Shown in pieces: positions 1 through 9,778 of a DNA stretch of 29,077 nt. Within the stretch, counting starts at the first letter, position 1. The number at the start of each line of letters is the position of its first letter. Origin of the DNA: a virus. Taxonomy: Duplodnaviria; Caudoviricetes. The position numbers were made by a program, and so were the translations under genes. Location of the stretch: IMG/VR virus record IMGVR_UViG_3300042864_000506, positions 1-29,077 of that record; one strand, written 5' to 3'. The notes beneath the pieces were generated by a model that searched no databases, was not told the DNA's origin, and worked only from the letters and a program-made list of their open reading frames with translations.

Positions 1-450
1 AGACGTATATATGATGATAATTTTAAAACAAAAATAATTGATTTATTAATAAACAATTATAAAACTGGCACATTTAAATTATGGTTCAATTATAATGATT
101 TTAATTTAAAAAATTTTAATATTAGTTTAACGTCATATTATAATGGTAGATATCTTAATTTACATAAAGATAAATCTAGCGAACTAACAACAGTGATAGT
201 ATTATCAGATGGGTTTGAAGGTGGAGAATTTGCATTATCTGAAGATAAAAATCCACCAATGCATTTTGAAACATTAGAAGGGATATCAATTTTTAATCTT
301 AAAATAGGAGATTCTATATCATTTAACGGATCATCAACCTATCACGGAGTCTTACCAGTTACAAGTGGTGTACGATACGCACTAAACATTTGGATGACCG
401 AAACAGATTTTGATTACCCAAAACTTAAAGTTAATACTACATTAATATGA
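1..450 (+). CDS. 2OG-Fe(II) oxygenase (prolyl-4-hydroxylase-like fold), 5'-truncated by window edge
   Basis: Frame 1 is open from base 1 (RRIYDDNF...), upstream of the tracked GTG at 193. It contains HxD (LHKD), FEGGEF, distal His (YHGVLPV) and the 2OG-binding Arg (GVRYALNIW). Confidence 0.85.
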   Translation, partial: RRIYDDNFKTKIIDLLINNYKTGTFKLWFNYNDFNLKNFNISLTSYYNGRYLNLHKDKSSELTTVIVLSDGFEGGEFALSEDKNPPMHFETLEGISIFNLKIGDSISFNGSSTYHGVLPVTSGVRYALNIWMTETDFDYPKLKVNTTLI

Positions 451-965
451 GTATATTAATAATTGCATTACCGAGAACGGGGTCATCCGAATTAGGTAGA
501 AGACTATCCACATATAATAAATTTAAATACGAATTTGAACCATTTAACCCAAGTGTTGGGTTACCACCATTAACCGACTTTAAAAAAATTGTTCTTAAAA
601 CAATAATATTTCATTTACCTTATTATATAAAGGAAGAGAATAGAATTAATTGGTTAATTGAATTAACTAAAAATTTTGATGAAGTTGTTTTATTATCAAG
701 AAAAAATTTAACAGATTGTGCGGAGAGTTGGTCTTATTTAATATACAAAGAAAAAAGTTTTAAATCTAACCAACCATATCTTTGGGAAAAAACACCAAAC
801 TACAATGAAGAATATCTCAACATAATAAAGTGGAATGAGGAGTTAACGTTCATATCAAATGAATTAAATATACCAATCACCTATTATGAAGATTTATTCA
901 ATCCAAACGATAATGATAGATTAAGAAAGGGTAATTTAAATGATTACGAAAAAAAAATAATTTAG
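447..965 (+). CDS. Sulfotransferase-like P-loop protein (Stf0-like)
   Basis: N-terminal IALPRTGSSEL (5'-PSB loop-like), EFEPFNP, VVLLSRKNL..AES (3'-PB-like) and ITYYEDLF; ATGA overlap with the upstream gene. Confidence 0.65.
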   Translation: MSILIIALPRTGSSELGRRLSTYNKFKYEFEPFNPSVGLPPLTDFKKIVLKTIIFHLPYYIKEENRINWLIELTKNFDEVVLLSRKNLTDCAESWSYLIYKEKSFKSNQPYLWEKTPNYNEEYLNIIKWNEELTFISNELNIPITYYEDLFNPNDNDRLRKGNLNDYEKKII

Positions 966-968
966 AAA

Positions 969-2219
969 GTGAAAATATATATCCATCACCCATATCAAAA
1001 ATCTATATTTTATAAATTAGCACATAATACTACTAATAGAGAATACTTTATTGAAAATGATGAAGGTAGTGTGTTTTGTAAATATAAAAATATCGACGTT
1101 GAGTTCATTTTCAAAAAAGAAATTAGTTTTGAAGATGATGGATATCATATGTTAGATTATTTTACCGCATTTTTCTACGGGGAAATCGATTCTAAAATTG
1201 GTAAGATAGAACCAGATAGAGATTATATGGAAAGGGAAAGTCAACAAATTTTAAAAGTATTTATAAAATTATTAAAAGACTGCCCAAAAAATCAAAAATG
1301 GTTAATAGGTTATTTTAGAACTGAAAAAATTTTACAAACTAAAGACACAAATATAATTGATGAAAATTGGTTAGAAATTGAATCACTTATGGGAGAATTA
1401 AAAAATCATCACTTTATAACTGATAATATATTTTTAAATCAAAATTTAGAATCGCAGTATCCAAATTTTTATTACGCATTAACAAATACAATATTTCAAT
1501 GGAATGAAGTTGTTGCACTTAGATGGTATTATGAATTTAAACAATTGTATGATAAATTAACGTTTGATTATGATTTAATGTATAGTATTAAAAATCATAA
1601 AATTAATCGTGTGAACATTATAAATGAATTAAGTAAATTAAAAAACAATAGGTTATATTTACAACATACAGATGCGTTAAAAAATCCAGCATATAAAAAA
1701 CACTCACCGATAATAACACATATAAATACTAATTCAATAGTAGGAGATACCGACTTTTCGGATATAAGTTGTGTCCCAAATCATCAAGGATATATGGATG
1801 TGTTTTTTAGGGTTTTACCTAAAGCTAAGATGCAGATATTGTGTGAAAGTTGGTCTTGGAATAACAAAGAATTTACTTCTCAATATCTTTCAGAAAAAAC
1901 GTTTGGGTTATTATTTTCCGGTATACCATTTATTTCTACTCATGAATACCCTCTACAAATGATTGAGAAAATGTTAGATGTTCCACCTCACCCATTTTAT
2001 AATGAATCTAAAAGATGTAAAACTAACGGTAAATTATTTGCTGAATTTGTCAATAAATTTTTACAAGACTTTGATGAAAATTTTAAATTATGTAAAGAAT
2101 GGTCGGATTTGGTACACACTAAACTAATGTATAAAATTGAAAATGAAAATTCATTATTGGATTTAATAATTGGTGGAGAACTAAAAACTGAATTTGTAAT
2201 TAAAAAATCTTTAATATGA
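969..2219 (+). CDS. Hypothetical protein, possible GT-B/GT10-like glycosyltransferase
   Basis: 416 aa ORF with GTG start. The C-terminal ILCES...YLSEKTF...GIPFI resembles the ExxxxxY[IL][TS]EK...P nucleotide-sugar motif of GT10-like proteins. Confidence 0.45.
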   Translation: MKIYIHHPYQKSIFYKLAHNTTNREYFIENDEGSVFCKYKNIDVEFIFKKEISFEDDGYHMLDYFTAFFYGEIDSKIGKIEPDRDYMERESQQILKVFIKLLKDCPKNQKWLIGYFRTEKILQTKDTNIIDENWLEIESLMGELKNHHFITDNIFLNQNLESQYPNFYYALTNTIFQWNEVVALRWYYEFKQLYDKLTFDYDLMYSIKNHKINRVNIINELSKLKNNRLYLQHTDALKNPAYKKHSPIITHINTNSIVGDTDFSDISCVPNHQGYMDVFFRVLPKAKMQILCESWSWNNKEFTSQYLSEKTFGLLFSGIPFISTHEYPLQMIEKMLDVPPHPFYNESKRCKTNGKLFAEFVNKFLQDFDENFKLCKEWSDLVHTKLMYKIENENSLLDLIIGGELKTEFVIKKSLI

Positions 2220-2911
2220 TGCAAGTAGTTTTTACATACATACCCTTTAGATTAAAAGATATAACTGAAATTTATTTAAAATACACCATTGGTAATTTGA
2301 ATAACCAAAATATCACCCCAATTATTTATTCCGATAAGGATTATTTTATTAACACTAATTTAAAATATATTTGGGTTGAATTTGATGTTGAGTCTAAATA
2401 TAAAGTAGGAACATTGTGGTCTTATCCCAAATTAAAAGTATTATCGATGATTGATAAACCATTTATACATTTGGATAATGATTTAATTGTAGAAGATTTT
2501 AATAAGTTGATGAATTTAATAAATCCAAAAATATTAAACATATCACATAAACATATAATTAATGATGTGAGCACCTTTGTTGAAATTTTTAAAAAATATA
2601 CAAACAAACAACTTAACTTTGAATATTTAAATAACACCTCAATTATCGGTACCGAAAATTATAAATTGGTTAATCGTTCATATAGAGAGGTGTTAGACGT
2701 TATAGACATACATTATGATTTCTTTTTAAAGAGACATAATACAGTACCACCCGTTACCTTAAATCAGCAGTACCCAAATTTATATTTTGACAATATAAAT
2801 TATATATTTAATAAAAATCCATCGTACGATGATTTATATATAAATGGAGTATGTCATATGTCCGAAAAACAAATGAAACAAAAATTTATAACAACAAAAA
2901 AATTATTATAA
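2216..2911 (+). CDS. GT-A-like nucleotide-diphospho-sugar transferase-like protein (DUF6734-like)
   Basis: LWSYPKLKVLSMIDKPFIHLDNDLIV with a DxD motif; ATGA overlap with the upstream gene. Confidence 0.55.
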   Translation: MMQVVFTYIPFRLKDITEIYLKYTIGNLNNQNITPIIYSDKDYFINTNLKYIWVEFDVESKYKVGTLWSYPKLKVLSMIDKPFIHLDNDLIVEDFNKLMNLINPKILNISHKHIINDVSTFVEIFKKYTNKQLNFEYLNNTSIIGTENYKLVNRSYREVLDVIDIHYDFFLKRHNTVPPVTLNQQYPNLYFDNINYIFNKNPSYDDLYINGVCHMSEKQMKQKFITTKKLL

Positions 2912-3495
2912 TGGTTATTAAAATATACAATGACACAATATTAACCCCCGTAAAATGCGGCACCAGATACTTGGATAAGATATGGGAAGATAAACGAATT
3001 TATTCGGGACATGAAAAATATTTAAAATTTCCGAAAGTAAAATATATTATTGTTAGAGAACCAATGAGTCATTTAATTTCAGCTCTACATACGGAAACTC
3101 TTGATTGGATAAATCATTATACCGATAAAGATGATTTATATCACCAACTGAACGAGTTTAATAGTAATCAAGGATCAACACATTGGTGCGTTCCCTTTTA
3201 TGAATATTTTTATTATTATAGAAACAAACATGGTAATGACATTGAGGTTGTTAAATTAGAAAATTTAACAGAGTTGTTAAAACAATTGGGACACGATGTT
3301 GAATACACACCGGAAGAATATCATTTTAAAGAATATAAAAAGTGGTGGCCAAAAGATGAACTATTTCAAATGTTAAAAGATATGTACCCAAAAGAAGTAA
3401 ATTTGTTGATTGATAAAGTTAAAAATCAAACCGAATATTACAACAAATTAATAAATAATGAAATAGACAATAGATTGACGGGTAATTTACTATAA
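2911..3495 (+). CDS. Sulfotransferase family 2-like protein
   Basis: PVKCGTRYL (5'-PSB-like KxG[ST]), IIVREPMSHLISAL (3'-PB-like R..S), VVKLENL. Start moved from 2851 to the ATG at 2911, which forms a TAATG overlap with the upstream stop. Confidence 0.55.
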   Translation: MVIKIYNDTILTPVKCGTRYLDKIWEDKRIYSGHEKYLKFPKVKYIIVREPMSHLISALHTETLDWINHYTDKDDLYHQLNEFNSNQGSTHWCVPFYEYFYYYRNKHGNDIEVVKLENLTELLKQLGHDVEYTPEEYHFKEYKKWWPKDELFQMLKDMYPKEVNLLIDKVKNQTEYYNKLINNEIDNRLTGNLL

Positions 3496-4167
3496 ATGAA
3501 TAATATGAAAAACGTACTTTGGACATTTGGAGATTCAATGACATTCGGCCACGGATGTAATGAGTTATGTGTGTCGGAGACTAAAGAAGAGTATCTACCA
3601 TATAAAAAAGAAGGTGATGATGTTTGGGTAAATCATTTAGGTAAATTATTGAATTACGAAGTTAAAAATTTAGGTAAGAACGGAGCATCAAATGATTATA
3701 TATTTGATACAATTATTGAGAATTTTGATTATATAGGTGAGGATGATGTGGTTATAATTAATATGACATTACATGGTAGAATAGAAGTACCGATAGGTAA
3801 TGAAATAATGAACGTACTATCTTCCTATGAAAACGCAATTAAAATTATAGGTGAAAGTAAAGAAGAAGATAGTATTGAGAAAATCGATACGGTCCTTAAT
3901 TTCCAATATCATTTTTCAAATCATCAATTTTATAAAGAAAGACATAGAAAACGTTTTAGATTTATAAAAAATAGATTGAAAGAAGATAAAAAAATTAAAT
4001 TTATCTATCTTTGGTCATTGGAGGATGATGATGACATATATAGATCGTTTCAGACGATTAAAGACGACACTAAGGGTAAAATTAACGATACCCACTTCTC
4101 ATTTAAAGGACATTTAGATTTCGCACATTATCTGTCCTCAACCATGGACGTTAAAAAACTAATTTAA
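3496..4167 (+). CDS. SGNH/GDSL-family hydrolase or acyltransferase-like protein
   Basis: Block I FGDSMTFG, block II NLGKNGASN, block V DTHFSFKGH (DxH). Confidence 0.75.
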   Translation: MNNMKNVLWTFGDSMTFGHGCNELCVSETKEEYLPYKKEGDDVWVNHLGKLLNYEVKNLGKNGASNDYIFDTIIENFDYIGEDDVVIINMTLHGRIEVPIGNEIMNVLSSYENAIKIIGESKEEDSIEKIDTVLNFQYHFSNHQFYKERHRKRFRFIKNRLKEDKKIKFIYLWSLEDDDDIYRSFQTIKDDTKGKINDTHFSFKGHLDFAHYLSSTMDVKKLI

Positions 4168-4177
4168 CCACCAAAAG

Positions 4178-4206
4178 TTGATTTTTTAATGTATTTTCTT
4201 TATATT
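4178..4206 (+). promoter_or_regulatory. Putative promoter TTGATT-N17-TATATT
   Basis: Hexamers at 4178-4183 and 4201-4206; the ATG at 4214 follows after 7 nt. The same architecture recurs at 12059, 25303 and 27106. Confidence 0.55.
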
Positions 4207-4213
4207 ATGTGTA

Positions 4214-6940
4214 ATGAAAATACTAGCACACGCACCATTCATAGGTACAACTGGTTATGCAAACCACGCACGTTCATTCTTTTGTGCACTTAATAAGTAC
4301 CACACCGTAAAAGTTAGAAACCTCACAATTGGTAACAGTTGGAAGGGAATGAATAATCGTCCACATGACGGAGAACCATATTTCACAGAAGAAATTGGGG
4401 ACATGTTAATTTTACAGACATTACATAAGGCAGATGGTAATGGAAGGGTTGACGAACCAATGTACGATTATAAGGGTGACTTTACACCAGATGTACACAT
4501 TGTACTCATGGAAACTAATAACCACTACTTCTACGATGACTATGTTGGTTATAAAATTGCATATAATGTGTGGGAATCAACTCGATACCCCGATGATTTC
4601 TTTAATCAATTATTAAAGTTTGATGAGATGTGGGTCCCAACGCAATGGCAATTTGATTGTTTGGTTGAACAGGGTTACCCAAAAGAAAAAATCTTCATCG
4701 TACCTGAGGGTGTTGACGTTGATACATTCAAACCAATTAAAAAATTCCCTAAAAGAGAAAAGGTACGTTTTGTACATTTTGGTAGATGGGATTATAGAAA
4801 AGGTACCACCGAAATATTACAAGCCTTTGCGGAAGAGTTTAAAGATGTAGACGATGTTGAACTTTTAGCATCTGTCGAAAATCCATATCCATACGATGGG
4901 TTAAAGACAACAGAAGAGAGAGTTAAACATTATGGTATTGATACTAAGAATATTCAATTTTTAAATTTCCCCTCAAGGGAGGAATACGTAAATTATTTAC
5001 AAACCGCACATGTATTTGTTTCATGTGCTAGAAGTGAGGGTTGGAACTTACCTTTAATTGAGGCGATGGCATGTGGAACACCCTCAATTTATTCCGATTG
5101 GGGTGGTCAATTACAATTTGCACAAGGTAAAGGTGTACCAGTTGGTATTAAAGGATTAAGACCTGCTAATATTGAACATAAAGAATGGCCAGGTGAATAT
5201 TGTGAACCAGATTGGGATGACTTGAAGCGTCAGATGAGACAGGCATACGATTACAATACCGCTATGTGGATAAAGGCGGTTAGTGATGCTAAAGATATTC
5301 ACGAGAAATTTAATTGGGATACGGTTGCTAAGGGTGCGTGTGATATATTGGAAAGAAATAAGAAACCATTTGCTTTTGTAACAACAGGTAACTTAGGTTA
5401 CATGCCGGTAATAGAGAAGTTAGTTCAATCATTATTGGAATTCTCTGAACAAAAGATTTTGGTTTATGGTATTGATTGTGAAGTTCCATTCGACTATCCA
5501 AATGTTATTAAGAGAACAATTACCGTCCCTAAGATTTCTGAACACGATAAATGGTATTGGAAACAATGGTCTTGTATTGAAGCATTAAAAGAAAACTTTG
5601 AAAACTTTGTTTGGGTTGATGGTGACGTGGTTGTTAACCATAACATTGACGACATTAGACAATACTTTGGTCAAATCGAGAACTACCCAATTGCAGATAT
5701 TCACGTACAAGAAGAATTCTTCGGTATGTACGATAATGGTAACAAGTCCCAATTATTCAACGAACAACTTGCTAATGAATGGGGTATTGCTAAACATAAT
5801 CCATACATGCACATTTGTCTTTATGTTTACAATAAAAATTGTGGTGAATGGTTTGATGAATTACTTACTCATTATGTTTCATTAATGGAAACTAAACCTG
5901 AAGATTACAAGAGATTATATCTTTGGAATGATGAGGGTATTGATAATGCAATGAGATGGAAACACAGTCACACGAAACATTTACCCCTATCTAATTTTGA
6001 CACTTCGTCTTATGATGGGGATGCTGGATTTATTGATAAAACATTACATCAGTTTTATAAATTTTGGAACGAGGAAGGTCCACAGAATTTCGATAGAATA
6101 TTTGGTTATCAATTCATACCGAAAGATAAATCTAAAATCATTTATTTCCATGGTAACAAGAACGCTGAGATTTCAGATAAGATGATTGAGTTTATCAAAA
6201 TGGAAAGAGACAAATCGTTTTATAAATCACACTGTTTCTATACGGATGTTTACAAAGTTGAAAACTTCTCCAAATATTATGAATATCAGGGTAGTACCAT
6301 GGACGTTGCCGGTAAATTTGGCTGGGCGGTTGCTATCTTCCATGAGATTTTTAACTTATTAGATTACTATAAGAATAGGGAAAGAACGATTAACGAAGGA
6401 GACACTGTTGTTGACTTAGGTGGTAACATCGGAGTGTTCAATAGATGGGCGTATAGTCAAGGGGCTAGTAGAGTAATATCATTTGAACCTGACAAGAGAT
6501 ACTTTAAATTACTTTCCTTAAACGCAGACCCTCGTTCAGTATTATTCAACGCGGCTGCAAGTGATTCTATTGGGGAATTAAATTTATTTGAAAGTACTCA
6601 CTTAGGTGGATCCAATTTATTTGGTACACAAGAAGGAGCTAAAGAATATAAGGTAAGAACATATACATTAAATTACCTTTTTGAAACGGGACTTGTAGAT
6701 AAGATAGATTTCTTGAAAATAGATATTGAGGGAGCTGAACATCACGCATTGAAAGGAATTAGTGATGAAAATTTAATGAAGGTTAAAACAATTTCAATGG
6801 AATATCACCATGGTCATTTTAATTATGATGAAGAATTAAGACAGAGTATGATTGATAGGATGTTAAGATTAGGGTTTAACTCATATATTTTATTTATGGG
6901 TTCAAATAATGCATTACAAATGATATATTTTACAAGATGA
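4214..6940 (+). CDS. Three-domain protein: GT4 glycosyltransferase + GT-A glycosyltransferase + FkbM-family methyltransferase
   Basis: aa ~1-380: GRWDYRKG and SEGWNLPLIEAMACGTP (GT4 E-X7-E). aa ~385-665: FVWVDGDVVV (DxD), WNDEG, YFHGNK. aa ~700-908: VVDLGGNIG, FEP, IDFLKIDIEGAE, MEYH (FkbM). Confidence 0.85.
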   Translation: MKILAHAPFIGTTGYANHARSFFCALNKYHTVKVRNLTIGNSWKGMNNRPHDGEPYFTEEIGDMLILQTLHKADGNGRVDEPMYDYKGDFTPDVHIVLMETNNHYFYDDYVGYKIAYNVWESTRYPDDFFNQLLKFDEMWVPTQWQFDCLVEQGYPKEKIFIVPEGVDVDTFKPIKKFPKREKVRFVHFGRWDYRKGTTEILQAFAEEFKDVDDVELLASVENPYPYDGLKTTEERVKHYGIDTKNIQFLNFPSREEYVNYLQTAHVFVSCARSEGWNLPLIEAMACGTPSIYSDWGGQLQFAQGKGVPVGIKGLRPANIEHKEWPGEYCEPDWDDLKRQMRQAYDYNTAMWIKAVSDAKDIHEKFNWDTVAKGACDILERNKKPFAFVTTGNLGYMPVIEKLVQSLLEFSEQKILVYGIDCEVPFDYPNVIKRTITVPKISEHDKWYWKQWSCIEALKENFENFVWVDGDVVVNHNIDDIRQYFGQIENYPIADIHVQEEFFGMYDNGNKSQLFNEQLANEWGIAKHNPYMHICLYVYNKNCGEWFDELLTHYVSLMETKPEDYKRLYLWNDEGIDNAMRWKHSHTKHLPLSNFDTSSYDGDAGFIDKTLHQFYKFWNEEGPQNFDRIFGYQFIPKDKSKIIYFHGNKNAEISDKMIEFIKMERDKSFYKSHCFYTDVYKVENFSKYYEYQGSTMDVAGKFGWAVAIFHEIFNLLDYYKNRERTINEGDTVVDLGGNIGVFNRWAYSQGASRVISFEPDKRYFKLLSLNADPRSVLFNAAASDSIGELNLFESTHLGGSNLFGTQEGAKEYKVRTYTLNYLFETGLVDKIDFLKIDIEGAEHHALKGISDENLMKVKTISMEYHHGHFNYDEELRQSMIDRMLRLGFNSYILFMGSNNALQMIYFTR

Positions 6941-7596
6941 GTACATTAGACAAATTAGCAAAATCGTTCGGAACCGATAAATCTTCCGATAACCACAATT
7001 ATTGTGTTAAATATGAAAAGTACCTACCATTTAATAGATACGATAACCTAAACATTTTGGAAATAGGTATTTTAGATGGTAAGTCATTATTAACATGGAA
7101 AGACTATTATTATCGAGCTAATATATTAGGTATTGATATTAATCCCGATTGTAAGAAGTATGAAGAATCTCGAATATCAGTTGAGATAGGTTCACAAGCG
7201 GATGGTAATTTCTTATCAAGAACTTGGCAACAATATGGTCCATTTGACATGATATTAGATGATGGTTCACATATTAATGACCATATGATTTATTCGTTTG
7301 AACATTTATTTGGTTCGGTTAAATCGGGAGGTGTCTATGTCATTGAAGATATCGGTTGTTCGTATTGGGAGGACTACGGCGGTGGTTATCTTTATCCTGG
7401 TAGTGCTATGGAATACTTTAAAAGATTATCAGATGATATTAATTTTAGAGGGTTAATGAATTTTGACCACTCAAATGTACACGCAAGAAGAGAAGATGTT
7501 TTGACTGATTTATCAAAACAAGTACAACCGGGTTGTAGAACAGATATTGAATCGATAAATTTCCTTAACGGAATCATTATAATAACTAAACGATAA
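6937..7596 (+). CDS. SAM-dependent sugar O-methyltransferase, MycE/TylE-like catalytic domain
   Basis: GTDK...HNY, ILEIGI, GIDI, GSQAD, GPFDMILDDGSHIN and GGVYVIED closely match the motifs of the MycE/TylE/OleY class. Confidence 0.8.
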   Translation: MSTLDKLAKSFGTDKSSDNHNYCVKYEKYLPFNRYDNLNILEIGILDGKSLLTWKDYYYRANILGIDINPDCKKYEESRISVEIGSQADGNFLSRTWQQYGPFDMILDDGSHINDHMIYSFEHLFGSVKSGGVYVIEDIGCSYWEDYGGGYLYPGSAMEYFKRLSDDINFRGLMNFDHSNVHARREDVLTDLSKQVQPGCRTDIESINFLNGIIIITKR

Positions 7597-9713
7597 TGGC
7601 ATATAGTTTTGACGAAGATATCTTCGTAATTGATTGTTGGATTGACACTAAAGAAAAAGAACAAACACTTCTTAATTTAATTAATAGAGTAAAAGTTTAT
7701 AACGTACCAATACTATTATGTGGACATAGTCCCGTGAGTATCGAAATACAAAAACAAGTTGATTATTTTTTATTCGATAAAAATAATAACATTCTATTAG
7801 AAAAAGACTTTAACGAGTATGGGGTGGTAAGTGATAGATGGTCTATCATGAATGACTATAAAGTTTTTAACAAAGTAAATTTTCATCACGACTACGCAAT
7901 TTGGGAAACGATGAGAAACGCATTCCAATTTGTAAAAAGATTAGGTAAAAAATACATACACTTCCTCGAGTTCGATAATTTACCGGACGAGATTCAATAT
8001 CGTCAGGCTTTCATGGAATATGTAAGAGGTAATGATGTGGTTGTTCAAGAGTACCTTGAAGGATCAACAAGAGAACAAGACCCATATTGTGCAACATATA
8101 TATTCTCAATTAAAACCGATATCGCTAATCAGATGATTGAGAAGATTAATACGAAAGAGGAATATTTTAAAAATAGACCCGGTAAGTGGCAATTAGAAAA
8201 GGTTTTCTATCAAACCCTAAGGGAAATCACCGGTAGTATATTCGTTAGTAAGTATATCCCAAATGACGAGGAGTTAAACATTTATGCAGCTTGGAATCGT
8301 AACGGTATATTAAGAAACGGGGCAAGATTTCAAACATACTTGGCGGTAGACCATCATAAAAAATTACACATACACTTTATATCAGGATTTTCTGAAAAAC
8401 CCGCTGATAAAGATTATTTGGTTGAGGTCAATTATAAAAACCGTAATTTCTTCCATACTGTTACCAAAGGATCCTATCAATTAGAATCATTAGGTGAATA
8501 TGTTGAGGGAGAAACGGTTAAAGTATTTTACCAAGGGGTTGAGGTATTTTCTGAAACTTTAACCAAAAATGTTGATGAATTTAGAAGACTGAACAAATTA
8601 GAATGGAAGGTTAAAGAATCTAATAGAAGATTTAACATTAATTTCATAGACGGTCCGTACGTTGAGATATTAGATAATGTTGATTTGTCATATAGAGTTG
8701 ATTTTATTAATAGAAGAAATAATAAAATAGAATACACAACCACATTAAGAAGTAACCATTGGTCAAAATCATCCATAAAATATTTCGTAGATTGGGAAAT
8801 CAGGATTACGGGAATCGATAATGATTATGTTGGGACTTATTTGATGGATCTTAAGGGACAAAGAGTTTTAATTAGTTATGAAACAAAGTCCTTAGGTGAT
8901 AACATTGCATTTATACCATATGTAGAGGAATTTAGAAAACAGAAGGGTTGCCATGTAGTTTGTTCAACATTTCACAACGACTTATTTAAAAAAGATTATC
9001 CTGAAATTGAATTTATTGAACCAGGAACCAACGCCGAAAATATATATGCTCTTTATAGATTGGGTGTTTTTTATGAAAATAAACAAATTGATGACTCAAG
9101 ACACCCTATAAACCCAATTAAGGAACCTTTGATGAAAGTGGCTACGGATATTTTGGGTATACAGTATCGAGAAACCAAAGTAAAACTTCCTAAATTATCT
9201 AAAACAAAAAAGAATAGGGTATGTATTGCCATTCACTCAACTTCACAAGCAAAATATTGGAACAATCCGAATGGATGGCAAGATGTTGTGGATTACATTA
9301 AAGAAAAGGGGTACGAAGTTAGACTCCTATCGAGAGAAGAGGATGGGTATATGGGTAATTCAAATCCTAAAGGTGTTACATTACAACCAAGAGGTACTAC
9401 TAAAGAAGTATTAAAGACAATACAAGAATCAAAACTATTCATCGGAATTAGTAGTGGTTTAAGTTGGTTAGCTTGGGGAACAGATACTCCCGTTGTAATA
9501 ATATCAGGTTTCACCGATAAACATTTGGAACCTATGGATGGAATTACAAGAATTATAAATAAAGAGGTATGTAACGGATGTTGGCATACTCATGAATTCG
9601 ATCCGGGGGATTGGAATTGGTGTCCCGTACATAAAAATACCGATAGACAATTTGAATGTTCTAAAGAAATATTATCTAATGATGTAATTAAACAGATAGA
9701 AAAATTTTTGTAA
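7596..9713 (+). CDS. Two-domain glycosyltransferase: N-terminal GT-A-like domain + C-terminal Aah/TibC-type (autotransporter O-heptosyltransferase-like) domain
   Basis: C-terminal half has SLGDNIAFIPYVEEFR, CIAIHSTSQAKYWNNPNGW, FIGISSGLSWLAW, VVIISGFT and the four-Cys motif CNGCW...WCPVHKNTDRQFECSK, all characteristic of Aah/TibC. N-terminal half has IHFLEFD (DxD-like). Confidence 0.82.
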   Translation: MAYSFDEDIFVIDCWIDTKEKEQTLLNLINRVKVYNVPILLCGHSPVSIEIQKQVDYFLFDKNNNILLEKDFNEYGVVSDRWSIMNDYKVFNKVNFHHDYAIWETMRNAFQFVKRLGKKYIHFLEFDNLPDEIQYRQAFMEYVRGNDVVVQEYLEGSTREQDPYCATYIFSIKTDIANQMIEKINTKEEYFKNRPGKWQLEKVFYQTLREITGSIFVSKYIPNDEELNIYAAWNRNGILRNGARFQTYLAVDHHKKLHIHFISGFSEKPADKDYLVEVNYKNRNFFHTVTKGSYQLESLGEYVEGETVKVFYQGVEVFSETLTKNVDEFRRLNKLEWKVKESNRRFNINFIDGPYVEILDNVDLSYRVDFINRRNNKIEYTTTLRSNHWSKSSIKYFVDWEIRITGIDNDYVGTYLMDLKGQRVLISYETKSLGDNIAFIPYVEEFRKQKGCHVVCSTFHNDLFKKDYPEIEFIEPGTNAENIYALYRLGVFYENKQIDDSRHPINPIKEPLMKVATDILGIQYRETKVKLPKLSKTKKNRVCIAIHSTSQAKYWNNPNGWQDVVDYIKEKGYEVRLLSREEDGYMGNSNPKGVTLQPRGTTKEVLKTIQESKLFIGISSGLSWLAWGTDTPVVIISGFTDKHLEPMDGITRIINKEVCNGCWHTHEFDPGDWNWCPVHKNTDRQFECSKEILSNDVIKQIEKFL

Positions 9714-9750
9714 TTATAAATTTATTTGATACTTAAACATAAATGGCGAG

Positions 9751-9767
9751 TATTTATATGGTATAAT
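9751..9767 (+). promoter_or_regulatory. Putative late-type motif TATTTATA followed by extended -10 TGgTATAAT
   Basis: TATTTATA at 9751-9758 and TG-n-TATAAT at 9759-9767, in the 65-nt gap before the tail-fibre ATG at 9779. Confidence 0.4.
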
Positions 9768-9778
9768 ATCATATTTAG

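Noticed and set aside
1-450. 2OG oxygenase as a collagen prolyl hydroxylase for the Gly-X-Y tracts
   Set aside because: The tracts contain no proline or lysine; its substrate must be something else.
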